From the NCBI RefSeq assembly GCF_009914755.1, contig NC_060945.1: a stretch of DNA of 64,000 nucleotides; one strand, given 5' to 3'. The notes beneath the pieces are model-generated. The model did no database searches. It was not told the DNA's origin and worked only from the letters and a program-made list of their open reading frames with translations. The position numbers and the translations under genes were made by a program. This DNA is from the human T2T-CHM13v2.0 reference genome, Homo sapiens. Below, one piece after another: positions 61,615 to 64,000 of this stretch. Each line of letters starts with the position of its first letter. The first letter of the stretch is position 1.

Positions 61615-62949
61615 AGACTCCACTTCCTGATGAAATGGCAAGAGAAGAGCATGTGGGGAGGATTGCAGACCTTGCTATGACCAACTTTGGAAAACACATT
61701 CTGCCCTCTGGCTGCACCCCCTACACATGCAAAATAGACTCACCCAGACACCCATGGTCTCGTGCCATTATGGCAGCCAGAGCTCCAGGTCTCACCACTT
61801 AACCATCTCCATGCGGGGTGAGGCTCCATGGGCACGGCTCCTCAGGCACAGCCTCTTCGATGTGTTTCCTTTTCAATCCACAGACTTGTGACCTCAAGAG
61901 CCAAGCACCTGACCCAACCTCTTCACCCTATGTCTAATGGGGATGGGGATAGGACAGACACCTTGGCCCCTGCCACTCAGAAGGGGGAAACTGAGGCAAA
62001 AAGCAGGCAGTCTGCAGAGATTCTGAAATCCAACCTGACCCAGGTCAACAGGTCTGTGATTAGGGTGCAGTGTTGCTACAGGGACTGATTCTCTAGGCAC
62101 CTGAGAAGAAAATAAAAGCCAGCTTGGATTAAAAGAACCAGATAGTACAAAATGAAAGGAGGCCAGTGGGCCCCTGAATTTCTACAGGCTAAGAAGACTG
62201 CTTAACCACAAACACAGGCTGCTTTTATTTTTCTAGTACAATTCCTTTAATAACTTTGTGGGTTTTCTATAAATTTTATTGATGTTCACTCCATTAGACA
62301 AAACCTGCACCGCAGATCTCTTTTAAATAGACCATTTTGTATTCAGGGCTCCCTGTGAGGCTGTTGTGGAACAATGCTGTTAAGATTCCCAGAAGGTCTC
62401 CTTAATAGGGGCCTGGGAGGCACATGTGTACCATCCCTGGGAGGTCCTTTGCCTCTGAAAAGGCTGGTGAGACACCAGTTGAACTCTTTCTGCATCTTAA
62501 TGGAGGGTTTTATAATCCCACTCTTGGCTTCATGTCTGCTCTGAACCCACATATTCCCTACAGGGCTGTGGGTCCCAACTTTGCCCTGAGCCCTCTCATT
62601 CTTTGAGAATCTTCTGCTGGGAGAAACTGGGGATGAAAATTAGTTTCATTTTTGAGCCCAGCAAATCCTGGCTCCTTCATGTCTTTATAAGTTCTGTTTG
62701 AAAACCCCATCATTCCTTCTCCAGTGCCTCTCTCCCTAATCATTTCTCATGATGTGCAGGTGAAAGAAGCCAGTCATTCAATGACAAGAGCCTTCTTTCC
62801 TTCACTTCCAGAACATTTCCTTGCTTTTCCTCAGTCCCTTGCCAGCTGCCTTCTCATGCCTGCCAGCCTCCTCTCTGGGGCTGAGTCCCACAGCCAACCC
62901 GCAATGTTTTTTGGCTTTTGTCATGGTAGCATCCCACTTCAAAGTACCT

Positions 62950-63430
62950 GATTCTGTTCTGGTTACTATTGCTGCATAAGAAACCACCATCTAATAGCGT
63001 AAAAGCATCAGCTGTTTTATTTTTCTCCCAGGGCATGATCGGTTGGCACAGGGTGCTGGTGTGGCTCAGTGTCTAGGACCTCAGCTGGGGAGACAGAACA
63101 GCTGTGGCTCTGCGGCTGCGGTAGAACCATCCCGAGGTCACGTAGCACCAGGTAGGAGAGAACATGAAGGCTGGGCTCACCTGGAGCTGACATTTGCAGC
63201 ACTGTTCATGGTGTCTCTGAGAGGCTGGGTTCTGAGGAGTGTCCCAAGAGCCTGCATTCCTAGAGGACTGAGAGAGCTGCATGGCCTTTCCTGAGCTGCC
63301 TCGGGAGCCACTGCAGGCCTCGCGACCTAGGGGTTACATCAGACATTACAAGTCCAAGACCAAGGGGAACAAACACGGACCCTGTTTCTCAATGGGAAGA
63401 TGTCAAAGAATTTACAGCCATTGGAAAAAA
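62950..63430 (-). mobile_element. MLT1-type MaLR LTR remnant
   Basis: ggttactattgctgcataagaaaccac... terminal motif; degenerate. Confidence 0.55.
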
Positions 63431-63467
63431 AAACACCACAGCTTACTCTCTAGTCACACATTATTTA

Positions 63468-63846
63468 CATATTAGTCCATTCTCATGCTGCTATGAAGAA
63501 ACACCTGAGGCTGGGTAGTTTATAAAGAAAAGAGGTTTAATTGACTCGCAGTTCCTCATGGCTGGGGAGACCTCAGGAAATTTACAATCATGGCGAAAGA
63601 TGAAGGGGAAGAAAGGCAACTTCTTTACAGGGTGGCAGGAAGGAGAAGTGCTGAGCAAAGGAGGAAAAGCCCCTTCTAAAAACCATCAGATCTCATGAGA
63701 ACTCACTCACTATCATGAGAACAGTGTGGGGGTAGCTGCCCCCATGATTCAGTGACCTCCCACAGGGTCCCTCCCACCACACATGTGGATTATGGGAACT
63801 ACAATTCAAGATGAGATTTGGGTGGGGACACAGCCAAACCATATCA
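63468..63846 (-). mobile_element. THE1D-like solo LTR
   Basis: tattagtccattctcatgctgcta...gggacacagccaaaccatatca. Confidence 0.9.
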
Positions 63847-64000
63847 GGGACTGAATTGTGCCCCCTACCTCCAAATTCATATATTGAACCCAATCCCCAA
63901 TGTGACTGTATTTGAAGATAGAGCCCTTAGCAAGGTATTCCAAGGTGAGCAGGTCTATGCAAACCTGCCCCCAAAGTCAAGGAGGCTCAGAAAGAGGCTG

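Overview
Primate DNA, almost certainly human chr21q22.3. The window holds the last four coding exons and 3'UTR of DIP2A (+ strand, 70-~5920) and the complete three-exon S100B gene (- strand, ~34830-41390, 92 aa). The two genes are convergent and separated by a ~25 kb block (~6200-31100) that is almost entirely nested transposable elements: old L1M, two full-length dead L1s, an ERV1 LTR, a complete THE1A provirus, MER1B, Tigger3b, MaLR LTRs and Alus. Upstream of S100B lie an ERVL pol remnant split by a MER41 LTR, a second nested L1M/L1PA/THE1/Tigger block carrying the (TCTA)n marker D21S1446, and scattered Alu/MIR/MaLR copies. No prokaryotic systems, CRISPR arrays or structural RNA genes are visible. 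The least explained signals are: (i) a dense promoter-like motif cluster in a CpG-rich patch just past the S100B polyA site; (ii) a ~2 kb frame with only one internal stop next to it, with a plausible THE1-LTR donor and acceptor upstream; (iii) an Alu inserted at the S100B polyA signal; (iv) a locally templated 24-nt inverted insert; (v) a candidate DIP2A poison exon. These are hypotheses from visual inspection, not evidence of a new biological system. Repeat subfamily names come from recalled consensus sequences and need RepeatMasker/Dfam confirmation.
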